DNA of 64,000 nt. Origin: Candidatus Methylomirabilota bacterium (lineage in GTDB: Bacteria; Methylomirabilota; Methylomirabilia; Rokubacteriales; CSP1-6). This document shows positions 29,435 through 40,211 of the stretch, piece by piece. Numbering within the stretch: the first letter of the stretch is position 1; every line of letters begins with the position of its first letter. Position numbers and translations under genes: made by a program. The notes below the pieces were generated by a model. It ran no database searches. It saw only the letters and a program-made list of their open reading frames with translations, and was not told the origin of the DNA. Location of the stretch: contig DASYTI010000051.1 in the NCBI GenBank assembly GCA_036002485.1, positions 1,304-65,303 of the forward strand, written 5' to 3'.

Positions 29435-29506
29435 CTGCCACCTGTCTTGGCCCCTGTCAAGCCCTAAACGTTGATTATTCAGGTCGATTAGAGGCCCTGG
29501 AGAGGG

Positions 29507-30493
29507 TCAGGTCCAGGCTTCGCGAAGGCGCCTGGCTGCCTCTTCCGGGGCGATCTCGTTGACATGGATCCCGCCGATCCGGGTCAGTCGCTCCGGGGTC
29601 GGGGTGATCTCGAGATGCCAGTGGTAGTCCTCTGCGAGGCTGGACCACTCATTGGGAAGAAGCTTGGCCGCCTCGTTGGGCGCCGTGTACAGCACCATCT
29701 CGAAGGAGGGGTCGCCCTGGGTGCCCGCCAGCATGCCGAAATAACCGCGGAGCAGGCGGGCGAGGTCGGCCGCCGTATCGGGCGTCAGGTCCCGGTCGTA
29801 CGCGCAGGCGTGGTGGCGCGGGAGAACCCAGGCCTCGTACGGTGAGCGCGCCGCATAGGGGACCATGAGGACGAAGTGAGGCGTCAGCCGGATCAGTCGC
29901 TCCTCGTCGGCCACCTCCTGCCGGATGATGTCGCAGAAGACGCAGCGGCGCTTGTATTCGAAGTACTCGCGACAGTGGATGAGCTGGCGCCGCACGTCGT
30001 CGAAGATGACGGGCACGGCGATGACGCGAGAGTAAGGGTGGCTGATGCGCGAGCCGGGCTTGCGGTAGCGTCGCGAGATCAGGATGTCGCGAATGGCGGG
30101 ATCCTTCTTCAGATCGCGCAGCCGGTCGCGGTACATCCACAGGACCTGCTCCCACTGCGCCTCGTCCATGGCCGCCGGCGTCAGATCGTGCTCCGGGCTT
30201 TCGATGATGAGCTCGGTCGCCCCGCGCGGCGGGACCCTGTCGTAGAGACCCACGCCCTCGCGCCCGACGTTACGCTCGACGCTGAAGTATGGGTCGATCT
30301 CGGGGACGACCCGCACGCTCCAGCCCGGTCCATCGGGCGAGGAGCCGTCCTTGCGATAGGCGACGATCTCCGGCGGTGTGCGGGACTCGTGGCCGGGACA
30401 GAAGGGGCACTCGTCGTTCGCAGGGATCGCCGCGCCCGCGGGCCGCACCAGCACCCATTGGCCCCGGGTGGGGTCTTTCCGAAGATCAGTCAT
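29507..30493 (-). CDS. GalT-like HIT-superfamily nucleotidyltransferase/phosphorylase
   Basis: 329 aa from ATG 30493; CPFCPGHE zinc/His motif and second HIT half. The listed longer ORF's N-terminus is read-through of the repeat element. Confidence 0.65.
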   Translation of the reverse strand: MTDLRKDPTRGQWVLVRPAGAAIPANDECPFCPGHESRTPPEIVAYRKDGSSPDGPGWSVRVVPEIDPYFSVERNVGREGVGLYDRVPPRGATELIIESPEHDLTPAAMDEAQWEQVLWMYRDRLRDLKKDPAIRDILISRRYRKPGSRISHPYSRVIAVPVIFDDVRRQLIHCREYFEYKRRCVFCDIIRQEVADEERLIRLTPHFVLMVPYAARSPYEAWVLPRHHACAYDRDLTPDTAADLARLLRGYFGMLAGTQGDPSFEMVLYTAPNEAAKLLPNEWSSLAEDYHWHLEITPTPERLTRIGGIHVNEIAPEEAARRLREAWT

Positions 30494-30639
30494 GCTCAAG
30501 CCCACGATAGGGAAGCGGGCGGCACAAGTCAAGATTCGATGAGGTCCGGGCAAGGCGGAAGAGAGTTTCTTTCGTCTCAGGGCGTGGCGTTCGACGACGT
30601 GAACGTGAGGGCGGACACGGAGGCGCGCACCCTCAAGTC

Positions 30640-30872
30640 CCTGCTCGGCATCTTGCAGGCTGCTCAAAAGGGTCCAGATGCGAGGCGGCGCCCCGCACTT
30701 CGAGTTGAGCGGCGGCCATCGGCCGACGCGAGACGAGGGCTGAGTCAATCCGCAGATGAGGCGTAGCTCTCATTCAGCCCTCGCCTCGTGGCTGCGCCTC
30801 TCAGCTCGAACTGCCACGTACGTTGACCCTGCGGCCGAGGGCGCCGCACTCCCGCAGATGGGCCCTTTTCAG
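30640..30872 (+). repeat. interspersed mosaic repeat, copy C5 (modules A, C, D), between the TPR gene end and the galT-like promoter
   Basis: Module A shares about 90% identity with 44098-44175. Contains the GAGGGCTGAG/CTCAGCCCTCGCCTC and CAGCTCGAACTGCCACG motifs shared with 41637-41850 and 49786-49860, and CGCAGATGGGCCCTTTTCAGC shared with 44293-44315. Confidence 0.85.
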
Positions 30873-30879
30873 CAGCCTG

Positions 30880-32301
30880 CTACTTTTCTTTCTCGAACTG
30901 GTTCTTCAGCTTGCGCAGGTGGAGCTTGGCCACATCCACCCAATCCTTCTCGGTGGGCAGCGGCCCCGCCAGCTGGATGTAACGTTCCCAGAGCGTGATG
31001 GCCTCGCGCGGATCCGTACGCTCGAAGACCAGGGCCAGGTTGTAGAGCGCACCCGTGTTCTTGGGATCCAACTCCACCACCTTCTTGTACTCGGCGATGG
31101 CCTCGGGATAGAGACCCTTGTCCTCGTACACCTCGGCCAGCCCCATTCTGGCCTCGGTATTGAGCGGGTCGAGGTCGACGGCTTTCTTGTAGGCTTGCAC
31201 CGACTCGTAGTAGAGACCCTTCTCCGCGTAGTAGATCTTGCCGAGGCTCGCGTGCACCTGGGCGGAGAGCGGATTGTGGACGAGCGCCTTCTGGTAGGCG
31301 CTGATGGCGCCGTTGACGTCGCCCTTGGCGGCCTTGGCATCACCGAGCCCCACGTGGGCCTCGGCATAGAAGGGCCGGAGGTCTATGGCCTTCGCATAGG
31401 CTTCCTCGGCCTGGTCGAAGAGGCGGCGCGGCGCCGTGAGAAAGAGGTCCCCCAGGGACTTGTAGGGCTCGGGGAAGGTCGAGTCGAGCTGCGTCGAGGC
31501 GCGGAACTGTGCCGCCGCCTTCCACCGATTGCCGAGGGCCTGATGGACGGAGCCGAGCGCGTACTGGGCGAGGACGAACTGCGCGTCGGCTTCGATGGCG
31601 CGAGAGAGGTGCTCCACCGCCGCCTCATTGGCCTCCTGCGTGCCGCGAACGGCCGCGGCGCGACCGCGCACGTAGGACTCCCAGGCCTTGAGGGAGCCCG
31701 TGGGGGCGGCCCACTTCTGCATGCGCGCGGCCTCGGCATCGGAGAGCGGGATCTTGAGCGACCGCGCATAGGCCACGGGCAGCTGGCGCAGCTTCTCGAG
31801 CAGCGCACCGTCCGGCACGGCGATCGGATCGAGGGTTCCCCGCTCCACCCGCTCGCCGCGAACCTCGACCCAGCGGGCCTGGATCGTCGCGTCCCCCGCC
31901 GCCGCGCGGCGTATCTCGCCAAAGAAGGCGACATCGGCCCGGAGCACTCGGGCGGCGGCCACAGTCGCCTGCTCGTCCCAGGCATCGGGCTGCGTCAAGG
32001 ACTGGAGCCGTGACCGCTCGATCAGGATGATGCCGGGGATCTGGCGGAAGCTGCTCATGATCGACTGGGCGGCCGCCTCGCCCATCCACTGCTCTTCGCG
32101 CGGAAGGTCCGGAGTGGCGAAGGGCAGGATGAGCACGCTGCGGACCTTGGTGGCGGCGGCGGCCGGCGTCTGTGCCGACGCGGGCATCGCCCCCCAGACA
32201 AGGAGCCAGGCGGTGCAGACGGCGAGCCAGGCAATGCGGGTGATGATTGCGCGGCGTTTCGAGATGCTGCTATCGGATACGCGGCTACCGATTCGTGTCA
32301 C
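30880..32301 (-). CDS. TPR-repeat protein with signal/TM anchor (BatC-like)
   Basis: 473 aa; multiple 34-aa TPR units; terminal gene of the MoxR/Bat-like operon. Confidence 0.8.
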   Translation of the reverse strand: MTRIGSRVSDSSISKRRAIITRIAWLAVCTAWLLVWGAMPASAQTPAAAATKVRSVLILPFATPDLPREEQWMGEAAAQSIMSSFRQIPGIILIERSRLQSLTQPDAWDEQATVAAARVLRADVAFFGEIRRAAAGDATIQARWVEVRGERVERGTLDPIAVPDGALLEKLRQLPVAYARSLKIPLSDAEAARMQKWAAPTGSLKAWESYVRGRAAAVRGTQEANEAAVEHLSRAIEADAQFVLAQYALGSVHQALGNRWKAAAQFRASTQLDSTFPEPYKSLGDLFLTAPRRLFDQAEEAYAKAIDLRPFYAEAHVGLGDAKAAKGDVNGAISAYQKALVHNPLSAQVHASLGKIYYAEKGLYYESVQAYKKAVDLDPLNTEARMGLAEVYEDKGLYPEAIAEYKKVVELDPKNTGALYNLALVFERTDPREAITLWERYIQLAGPLPTEKDWVDVAKLHLRKLKNQFEKEK

Positions 32302-35300
32302 GTCCGGGCCCTCCCTGGGTGAGGCGCAGGGCGCGGAGCCACGCCCCCATGCGACCGAGAGCGCCGGGGCCGATGCGCCGCAGCGCGATCTCGGGGATCA
32401 GCAGGACGGCCGACAGTCCGACCAGCCACGGCCAGAGGTCGATCCACAGCCGAGACTTGCGCCGATTCTGCAAAAAGACATCGCGCGGCTGGGCGACGGC
32501 ACCGCCGCCCGTCACTTCCGAGATCTCCCGCAGGAATGCCTCGTCCACGCCCAAGTCCCGGAACTCCTGCGCATAGGGTACCACCAGGCCCGCCAGCTGC
32601 GAGCCCACCATCTGGTCGCCCCGCCGCTGCGACATGCCGACCAGGTAGACCCCCTCCTGGGCCGCCGGGAAGCGACCCCGATAGCGGCCTGGCGCGATCT
32701 GCTCGAGCTCGACCACGGAGCGGTACTTGTCCGGAGCGACCACGCCGACCTGTGAATCGAGGAAGTTGACGAACTCGCCCTTCGCATCGATGGCGTCGAC
32801 CACGACCTCGCCCGCCTCGTCCACCCGCGAGACGCTCGCCACCGTATCGCTTCTCGAGCCCGTCCGAAGCGTCCACCGGGTGATCTGGGCCCAGAACTTG
32901 TTGAAGCCGCCCCACCGCAGCCACAGCACCGCCCACTTGCCCTTGGCATCCGAGGTGAACGCGGCGGCCCGGCCGAGCCCGTAGCGCCAGGTGGCGAGCA
33001 GCGGGTCTTCCTGATGCGTCATCAGGACCATCTCGCCATTGCCCTTGAGGGTGGTGGCGACATAGCCACCGAGCGGCGGCGCCTCCTTCCAGTCGATGTC
33101 CTGGATGGCCTCGTGACCCGGCTGGGCGACGGCGGGCTTGAACGGCTGCTCCACCAGCGAGGCCTTGGAGGCGAGCTGCGTCTCGAGGGTGAAGATGCGC
33201 GGGACGGTCGCGCCCTCGTCCGTGTAGTAGAAGCGCCCGCGCCCCCACTTGGCGATGTCGACCATGAGCTGGATGTCGGCGTCCTTGCCGATGGCCACGG
33301 TGGACACCGTGATCTTGTCCTTGGCCATGCGCCGGATCAGGCCGGCGAAGTCACCGCGGGTCATCTGGCCGTCGGACAGGAAGATGACGTGCTTGAGAAG
33401 GGCGGGCCGGTCGAACAGAACCTGGTAGGCCTCCTTGAGGGCGGGGTAGCCGTCGGTGCCCCCGCCGGCCTTGATGGTGGCGATGGCGTGATGGATGGCC
33501 TGCTTGTCACGCGCGGGCCGCATGGCCGAGTCCCAGACGAACTCCGTGTCCCAGCTCATGACCCCGACCTCGTTGCGCTCGTCGAGCAGGTCAACGACCA
33601 GGTGGGAGGCTTCTTTCGCGATGTCGAGCTTGGTCGCCTTGTCGTCGGTAGTCATGGCCATGGAGCCCGACCGGTCGATGGACAGCACCACGGCCAGGCT
33701 CGGGATTTCGATCTTCTGCTTGACCTCCATGGTGACGGGCAGAGCTTCCTCGATGGGCGTCCGGTAATAGCCGCCCAGGCCGAAGCTCTCCTCGCCGCCC
33801 ACCATGATGAGCCCGCCCCCCTGCTCGCGGACGTAGTCGCGGATGTTCTCCATCTGCTTCTTGGTCATCTTGAGCGACGACACATTGGACAGGATGACGC
33901 CGTCGTACTTCTGGAGACCTTGGGCCTCCTTGGGGACACGCTCCGCCTCCACGAGATCCACGTCCACGTGCTGGGCGCGCAGGGCGGCCGTGAGCGCCTG
34001 GGCCTGGCTGCGGTCCTTCTCCACGAGTAGCACCTGGGGGCGGCCCCGCACCACCACCGTGCCAATGGCCCGATTGTTTTCTTCGATGACGTCGCCCTCC
34101 ACGTCGATGGCGGCCTGGAAGACGTGGATGCCGCTCTGCTCGAGCGACTGTCGATAGGAGAAGACGTTCTTGCCCGCGTTGAGCTTGACGACCTGGGACC
34201 CGAGGAACTCACCGTTCCGGAAGAGGGAGAGCCGTCCCTGGGTCTCGGCCTGGCTCCACGCGACCACCTTGGCCTTGAAGGGCTCGCCGAACTTCACCTC
34301 CTGAGGCAGGAGCATGGACTCGACCACGACCTCCTGCTTGAAGGTCAGGGGCGCCGGGACATACCAGATGTCGGCCCCGGCATCCTTGGCCGCCTGCGCG
34401 ACGGCGAGCGCATTGCCCACGTTCTGCCGCCCGTCGGAGAGCAGCACGAATCGGTTGGCGTGGCCGGGGGGCGCCGTGGCCAGGGCCAGCTGGAGCGCCT
34501 GCGCGAGATTGGTCCCTCGTCCGCCCACCGTGGCCTGGGGGCGATCGATCTTGTTGCCCGGCTTGAGCGCCTGATCGACCACCGCCTCCTCACCGAAGAC
34601 GATGACCCCCGACTGGTCGCCGGGCCGCGCGGCGCCGGCCGACTGGGCGGCGAAGCGGAATGCGCTCTCGCGCGCGGCCAGGCTCACGCTGTCGGAGACG
34701 TCCAGGAGATAGATGACGTTGAGACGGTCGACGCCGCGCGGAAGGACGGGCTTGAGCAAGGCCGCCGCGAGCAGGACGAGGAGCACGCACCGCAGTCCGA
34801 GGGCCCAGCGGTCGCCGTCGTTGAAGGGCAGCCCGTACCGCCCCGCCGTCTGTCGCCGCCAGTAGAGCACGCCCTCGATGGTCAGGAGGACGAGGGCAAG
34901 GAGGGCCAGGAACTGCCAGAGCTCGCGCTGCACCGGCACCGGCGCCGTGTCCGCGCGCGCGCCCTCCACGAAGGCGGGAAGCGGCTTGGGCGCCAGCTCC
35001 GACTCGTCGGGACTGAAGAGATTGACGGCGACCTTGGTCTCCCCGCGCGGCGTGGACACCGTGTAGACGCCGACCTCGTCCGTCTCCGTATAGCTGATGG
35101 CCCCGCGGGTCACCTGGGCGCGAACGCTCCGGCCCCCCGGCGTCGTCACCGTGGCCGTGTTCACGCCGTGCTCGACGGGGAGCAGAATGGGCTGACCGGT
35201 CTGAAGCGACAGGCTCGACTGGTCCAGGCCCGCCGGGTGCAGCCAGCGGAGCGACTTGGACATCATGAGCGGGAAGGCCACGCGAAGGGGCAGGTCGGAC

Positions 35301-36679
35301 TGGAAGAGGTCGAAGCCGAAGAAGACGGCCTTCCGGTTCGGCTCCTCCAGGAGGTAGACGAGGGGACCTCCGACGGCCTCGACGAGGATCTTTCCCGCCG
35401 CCATTGGCCGCACGCGCATGGCGTCCTGGATGGCGATCTTGGCGAAGTCGACCTGCCGCATGATCGGATGCTTCCGGTCCCAGTCCATGACCACCGGCGT
35501 CTCGATGCGGCCCAGCACCTCGATGGGCACGTCGGGCGGCGCCGTGTTGACGAGGATGAATCGGCCGGGGCCGAGCTTGGGCGGGCTGACCCCGTCGAGC
35601 ACCACCACGTCGAAGGTCTCCATGCCGCCCTGGTAGGCGTCCGGCTTGCGCACCTCGAGCTTAACTTGAGGGTCGGTCGACAGCTCCTTCTCGAGGAAGA
35701 GGTTACCGGGGCTGACGAGCAGGACATTGATGGCGCGGACGGGCGGGATGACGGCGTAGGCGACGTCGTCGGATGCGAGGTCGTCGGAGACGTTGAGGCG
35801 CGCGCGCACCACGCCGCCGCCCTCGTGCGAGAAGGGCATCACCACCGCCCGCCGCACCTGCGGCTCCAGGGTCAGCGTCTTCTGGGCCACGATGTCGGTG
35901 TTGAGGGTCAGGGTGAAGCTGAACGTCTCGGGCTGATCCGAGAAGTTGACGACGGACAGGAACGCCTGCGAGTCGTAGGCGCCGATGTAGTTGCGCCGCA
36001 CGGCCAGGTTGGTGATGGCGACGTTGCGGCCGCGCTGGCCCACGCCCACCCAGCGCACACGCACGTCGTCGGCCTGGCCGCGCAGGGCCGCCGGGTGCGC
36101 GCCGTCCGTGAAGACGTGGATCTCCGCGCGGGGGTCCTGCCCGACGAGGGCGCGGGCGGTTCGCACGGCCTCTCCGAGTCGATTCGGCAGGTCACGCGGC
36201 TGGGCGCCGCGGATGGCCGCCAGGGTCAGCTGGCGGTCTCGGCTGAAGGGAGCGAGCACCCGCGGCTGCACGGCGCCCTCGATGACCATGACCTCGGCGC
36301 CCGCGCCGAGCCGGCCGACGAGGTCCAGCGCCTCGCGCTGGGCGCGGCCGAAGCGCGAGGGGTTGACGTCGGTGGCCTTCATGGAGGCCGAGGTGTCGAG
36401 GACGACGACGATGCGCTTGGCCCCGTAGCCCATGACGGTTGCTGCCGGACGGGCCAGGGCCAAGGCCAAGGCGAGCAGGGCCAGCAACTGCAAGATGAGC
36501 AGCGGGTCGCGCTGGAGACGCTGGAAGAAGGTCGAGGCCTCCCGGTCGCGGAGCGAGGGCTTCCAGAGCATGAGGCTCGGCACCGTGGCCTGCCGGCGCC
36601 GCACCTTCAGGAAGTAGAGGAGAAGCAGGGGGACCGACAGGGCGGCCAGGAGCAACGCGAGAGGTTGGAGCAGGCTCAT
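32285..36679 (-). CDS. giant BatA N-terminal / multi-VWA domain membrane protein (BatA/BatB-like fusion)
   Basis: 1464 aa; N-terminus LLLLYFLKVRRR (aerotolerance-regulator BatA N-terminal type), internal TM segments and several VWA-like blocks; start overlaps DUF58 stop (ATGA). Confidence 0.75.
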   Translation of the reverse strand: MSLLQPLALLLAALSVPLLLLYFLKVRRRQATVPSLMLWKPSLRDREASTFFQRLQRDPLLILQLLALLALALALARPAATVMGYGAKRIVVVLDTSASMKATDVNPSRFGRAQREALDLVGRLGAGAEVMVIEGAVQPRVLAPFSRDRQLTLAAIRGAQPRDLPNRLGEAVRTARALVGQDPRAEIHVFTDGAHPAALRGQADDVRVRWVGVGQRGRNVAITNLAVRRNYIGAYDSQAFLSVVNFSDQPETFSFTLTLNTDIVAQKTLTLEPQVRRAVVMPFSHEGGGVVRARLNVSDDLASDDVAYAVIPPVRAINVLLVSPGNLFLEKELSTDPQVKLEVRKPDAYQGGMETFDVVVLDGVSPPKLGPGRFILVNTAPPDVPIEVLGRIETPVVMDWDRKHPIMRQVDFAKIAIQDAMRVRPMAAGKILVEAVGGPLVYLLEEPNRKAVFFGFDLFQSDLPLRVAFPLMMSKSLRWLHPAGLDQSSLSLQTGQPILLPVEHGVNTATVTTPGGRSVRAQVTRGAISYTETDEVGVYTVSTPRGETKVAVNLFSPDESELAPKPLPAFVEGARADTAPVPVQRELWQFLALLALVLLTIEGVLYWRRQTAGRYGLPFNDGDRWALGLRCVLLVLLAAALLKPVLPRGVDRLNVIYLLDVSDSVSLAARESAFRFAAQSAGAARPGDQSGVIVFGEEAVVDQALKPGNKIDRPQATVGGRGTNLAQALQLALATAPPGHANRFVLLSDGRQNVGNALAVAQAAKDAGADIWYVPAPLTFKQEVVVESMLLPQEVKFGEPFKAKVVAWSQAETQGRLSLFRNGEFLGSQVVKLNAGKNVFSYRQSLEQSGIHVFQAAIDVEGDVIEENNRAIGTVVVRGRPQVLLVEKDRSQAQALTAALRAQHVDVDLVEAERVPKEAQGLQKYDGVILSNVSSLKMTKKQMENIRDYVREQGGGLIMVGGEESFGLGGYYRTPIEEALPVTMEVKQKIEIPSLAVVLSIDRSGSMAMTTDDKATKLDIAKEASHLVVDLLDERNEVGVMSWDTEFVWDSAMRPARDKQAIHHAIATIKAGGGTDGYPALKEAYQVLFDRPALLKHVIFLSDGQMTRGDFAGLIRRMAKDKITVSTVAIGKDADIQLMVDIAKWGRGRFYYTDEGATVPRIFTLETQLASKASLVEQPFKPAVAQPGHEAIQDIDWKEAPPLGGYVATTLKGNGEMVLMTHQEDPLLATWRYGLGRAAAFTSDAKGKWAVLWLRWGGFNKFWAQITRWTLRTGSRSDTVASVSRVDEAGEVVVDAIDAKGEFVNFLDSQVGVVAPDKYRSVVELEQIAPGRYRGRFPAAQEGVYLVGMSQRRGDQMVGSQLAGLVVPYAQEFRDLGVDEAFLREISEVTGGGAVAQPRDVFLQNRRKSRLWIDLWPWLVGLSAVLLIPEIALRRIGPGALGRMGAWLRALRLTQGGPGRDTNR

Positions 36680-37569
36680 GCGAGCAGGAGTCCCTTGAGC
36701 TCGCGGAGCACGAGCTCCTCTACGGGGGTGTCGGTGGCCACGCGGTGATAGCTGATCTCGTTGGCGCGGCAGAAGCTCTCGGCGCTCTCCAGAAACTCGC
36801 TCAGGCGCTCGCGGTATCCGCGCATGGCCTCACCGTCCATGGTGAAGTCCTGCATCTCGCCCGTCTCGGCGTCCGTGAGCCGGAGGTCCCCGGCCAGGAC
36901 AGGATTCATCTCCTCGGGCGAGAGCAGGTGAATCACGTGGACATCGAAGCGGCGCTCCAGCAGCGCCTTGAGGCCGCGCTCGTATCCCGCAGGGTCGAGG
37001 AGGTCGGAGATCAGCACGGCCAGGCCTGCCTCGCGCGAGCGGAGCGCGTAGGCCACCAGCGCCTCGGACAGCCCCGTGGGGCCCTCCCCGCGCAGGCGCG
37101 CGGCGAACTCCAGCAGCGAGAGCAATTGCCCGCGCCCGCGCGCCGGGCTCCAGCCCTCGGCCATGCGGTCACGGATGACGGCCACGCCCACCCGCTCGTG
37201 GCTGGCCAGGCCGACGAAGCCCAGGGCCGCGGCCAGCCGCGCCGCGTAGCGGAGCTTGCCGGGATCGCCGAAGCTCATCGACGCGGAGCCGTCGAGGAGG
37301 AGGTGCAAGCGCAGGTCCTCCTCGTCCACGAAGAGCTTGAGATAGAGACGGTCGAGCCGGCCGTAGATATTCCAGTCGACGTAGCGCAGGTCGTCGCCCA
37401 CCCCGTAGGGCCGGTAATCGGAAAACTCGACGCTCATCCCCTTGCGGGGGCTCTTGCGCTCGCCGCGGGTGCGACCCCGGAAGGCCCGCCGGGACAGGAG
37501 GGCGAGCCGCTCGAGCTGCAGGAGGAACTCGGGCGAGAGCAGGTCCTGTCCGCGGGTCGCGGTGGGCAC
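36676..37569 (-). CDS. DUF58 domain protein (MoxR-associated)
   Basis: 297 aa; EFSDYRPYGVGDDLRYVDWNIYGRLDRLYLKLF DUF58 core. Confidence 0.85.
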   Translation of the reverse strand: MPTATRGQDLLSPEFLLQLERLALLSRRAFRGRTRGERKSPRKGMSVEFSDYRPYGVGDDLRYVDWNIYGRLDRLYLKLFVDEEDLRLHLLLDGSASMSFGDPGKLRYAARLAAALGFVGLASHERVGVAVIRDRMAEGWSPARGRGQLLSLLEFAARLRGEGPTGLSEALVAYALRSREAGLAVLISDLLDPAGYERGLKALLERRFDVHVIHLLSPEEMNPVLAGDLRLTDAETGEMQDFTMDGEAMRGYRERLSEFLESAESFCRANEISYHRVATDTPVEELVLRELKGLLLA

Positions 37570-37572
37570 GAG

Positions 37573-39033
37573 CTATCTCTCGTCCAACGCCTTGAAGTAC
37601 TCCTTCACTTGCCCGTGGTAGTCGCGGGGGACCTGCTCGCGGGCGATGTCCTCTTCCATCTGCTTGCGGTACTGGCCGAGCACCCCGAGGTATTGCAGCC
37701 GCGAGGGCACCTTGCCACCGCGTCCAACCATATTGGTGTCGACACCCTCCTTTCGTCCGGCGCGCGATTCGCCCTCGACCCCGACGTCGTAGGGGTTGGT
37801 GCGGAGGCGCTGCGTGGGATCACCCTTGGGGCTGCCGCTCCTGCCCTTGCCCGGCAGAGAGCCTTCGCCCTCCGGGAAGTCGCCGTCGTCGCCCGGCCCC
37901 CCACCCTGGCGGCCATCGCCGCGCCTACCACCGCGCCGCTCATCGTCGCGACCGCCGCGCAGGCCCTTGCCGTCGCGTCCCTTCTCCTCCATGGCGCGGA
38001 GCTTGTTGAGGGCGCGCTCCATGGCTTCCATGGCCCGGTCGGTCTGGCCCTGCTCGAGTGCCTCCATGCCTTCGCCGAGATCGCCCTGGTAGCTCGGATC
38101 GCCCTTGCGGCCGAGCCGCTCCATCTCCTTCATGAGCTCACGCAGCTTGTCGGGCGAGAACTGCTCGCCGCGCAGGCCCCCGCGCAGGGCCTTGGCCTTC
38201 TGGAAGACCATGCGCTGCTGACTCTGCGTGAAGTCACGCTGGAGATCGGGCAAGCGGTCGAGCTGGTCCAGCATCCGGATGCGGTCGTCACCCTTTTTCA
38301 GGAATGCGTTGAAGTCCGGGGCCTGGCTCGAGATCGACGTGTCCTTGAAGATCGCGGAGAGGTCGCCCGGCTGGGAGGACGTGCCGGTGCCGCCGCGGGG
38401 GCCGAAGGTCTTCTCTTGCATGTCGGCGCGCCGGACATCCTCGCGCTTCGGCCCTCGCGGCTGATCCTGGCTCTCCAGCGCGCCGCTCCGATCCGACGGC
38501 TTCGTCTCGTCCTCCTGGCGAGTGGGCGACAAGGTGGGCAGGGCGCCCTGGGGCAGCGGAATGGCCGGAGCCAGGGCGAGAGCCAGGCCCAGGGCCAACG
38601 GCACGGGCACGAGCTTGGCTTCCCGCGGAATGCGGCGAGGGATGACGCGACGGCCGGCGAGGGCCTGGACACGAGAGACGGCATCGGCCACCTGCGCGGC
38701 CACGAGCGGCGTGCGGTCCGGCCGGTCCGCCCACTCGAGTGCGGTGGCGATGCGGTCCTGGAGGCCATAGCCGCGGTCGGCGAGACGCGCGGCCTCGGCA
38801 TCGGGCAGTCGCATGAGGAAACCCGTGACGGCGCCGGCCAGGGCACCGGCGGCGAGGCAGGCGCCCGCCCACGCAAATCCGGCCAAGCCCAGAGAGTCCC
38901 GCAGCACAAGCGGCACCAGGGCCGCGAGCGCACCCATGAACAGGCCGCGGAGCCCGTAGAACTCCGCCCGCCGTAACCGGACTTCCCGGCCGACGCCCGC
39001 CACTGCGCGCTCAAGTATCGTGAGATCGGGCAT
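37573..39033 (-). CDS. hypothetical membrane protein with long charged low-complexity C-terminal region (MoxR-operon member)
   Basis: 486 aa from ATG 39033 (MPDLTILERA) after GAGGAGGG; two or three N-terminal TM helices, then an R/G/D/E-rich region. Confidence 0.6.
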   Translation of the reverse strand: MPDLTILERAVAGVGREVRLRRAEFYGLRGLFMGALAALVPLVLRDSLGLAGFAWAGACLAAGALAGAVTGFLMRLPDAEAARLADRGYGLQDRIATALEWADRPDRTPLVAAQVADAVSRVQALAGRRVIPRRIPREAKLVPVPLALGLALALAPAIPLPQGALPTLSPTRQEDETKPSDRSGALESQDQPRGPKREDVRRADMQEKTFGPRGGTGTSSQPGDLSAIFKDTSISSQAPDFNAFLKKGDDRIRMLDQLDRLPDLQRDFTQSQQRMVFQKAKALRGGLRGEQFSPDKLRELMKEMERLGRKGDPSYQGDLGEGMEALEQGQTDRAMEAMERALNKLRAMEEKGRDGKGLRGGRDDERRGGRRGDGRQGGGPGDDGDFPEGEGSLPGKGRSGSPKGDPTQRLRTNPYDVGVEGESRAGRKEGVDTNMVGRGGKVPSRLQYLGVLGQYRKQMEEDIAREQVPRDYHGQVKEYFKALDER

Positions 39034-39050
39034 GCGCCCTCCTCGACGCG

Positions 39051-40106
<1,056 letters not shown>

Positions 40107-40211
40107 CTTGGATGGGACAGCGGACCACAGATTCTAGCCATGATAGGGGTGGTTCTCCGATCCGTCAACTGATCGCGTCACGCGGCTGAAGCGCTCCGGT
40201 CACATGCCCAT

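Noticed and set aside
34124-36748. 874-aa plus-strand ORF antisense to the BatA/VWA giant, and 36745-38976 (743 aa) antisense to the DUF58/TM genes
   Set aside because: Same antisense artefact. No domain is recognisable, and the sense-strand genes have clear family signatures and operon coupling.
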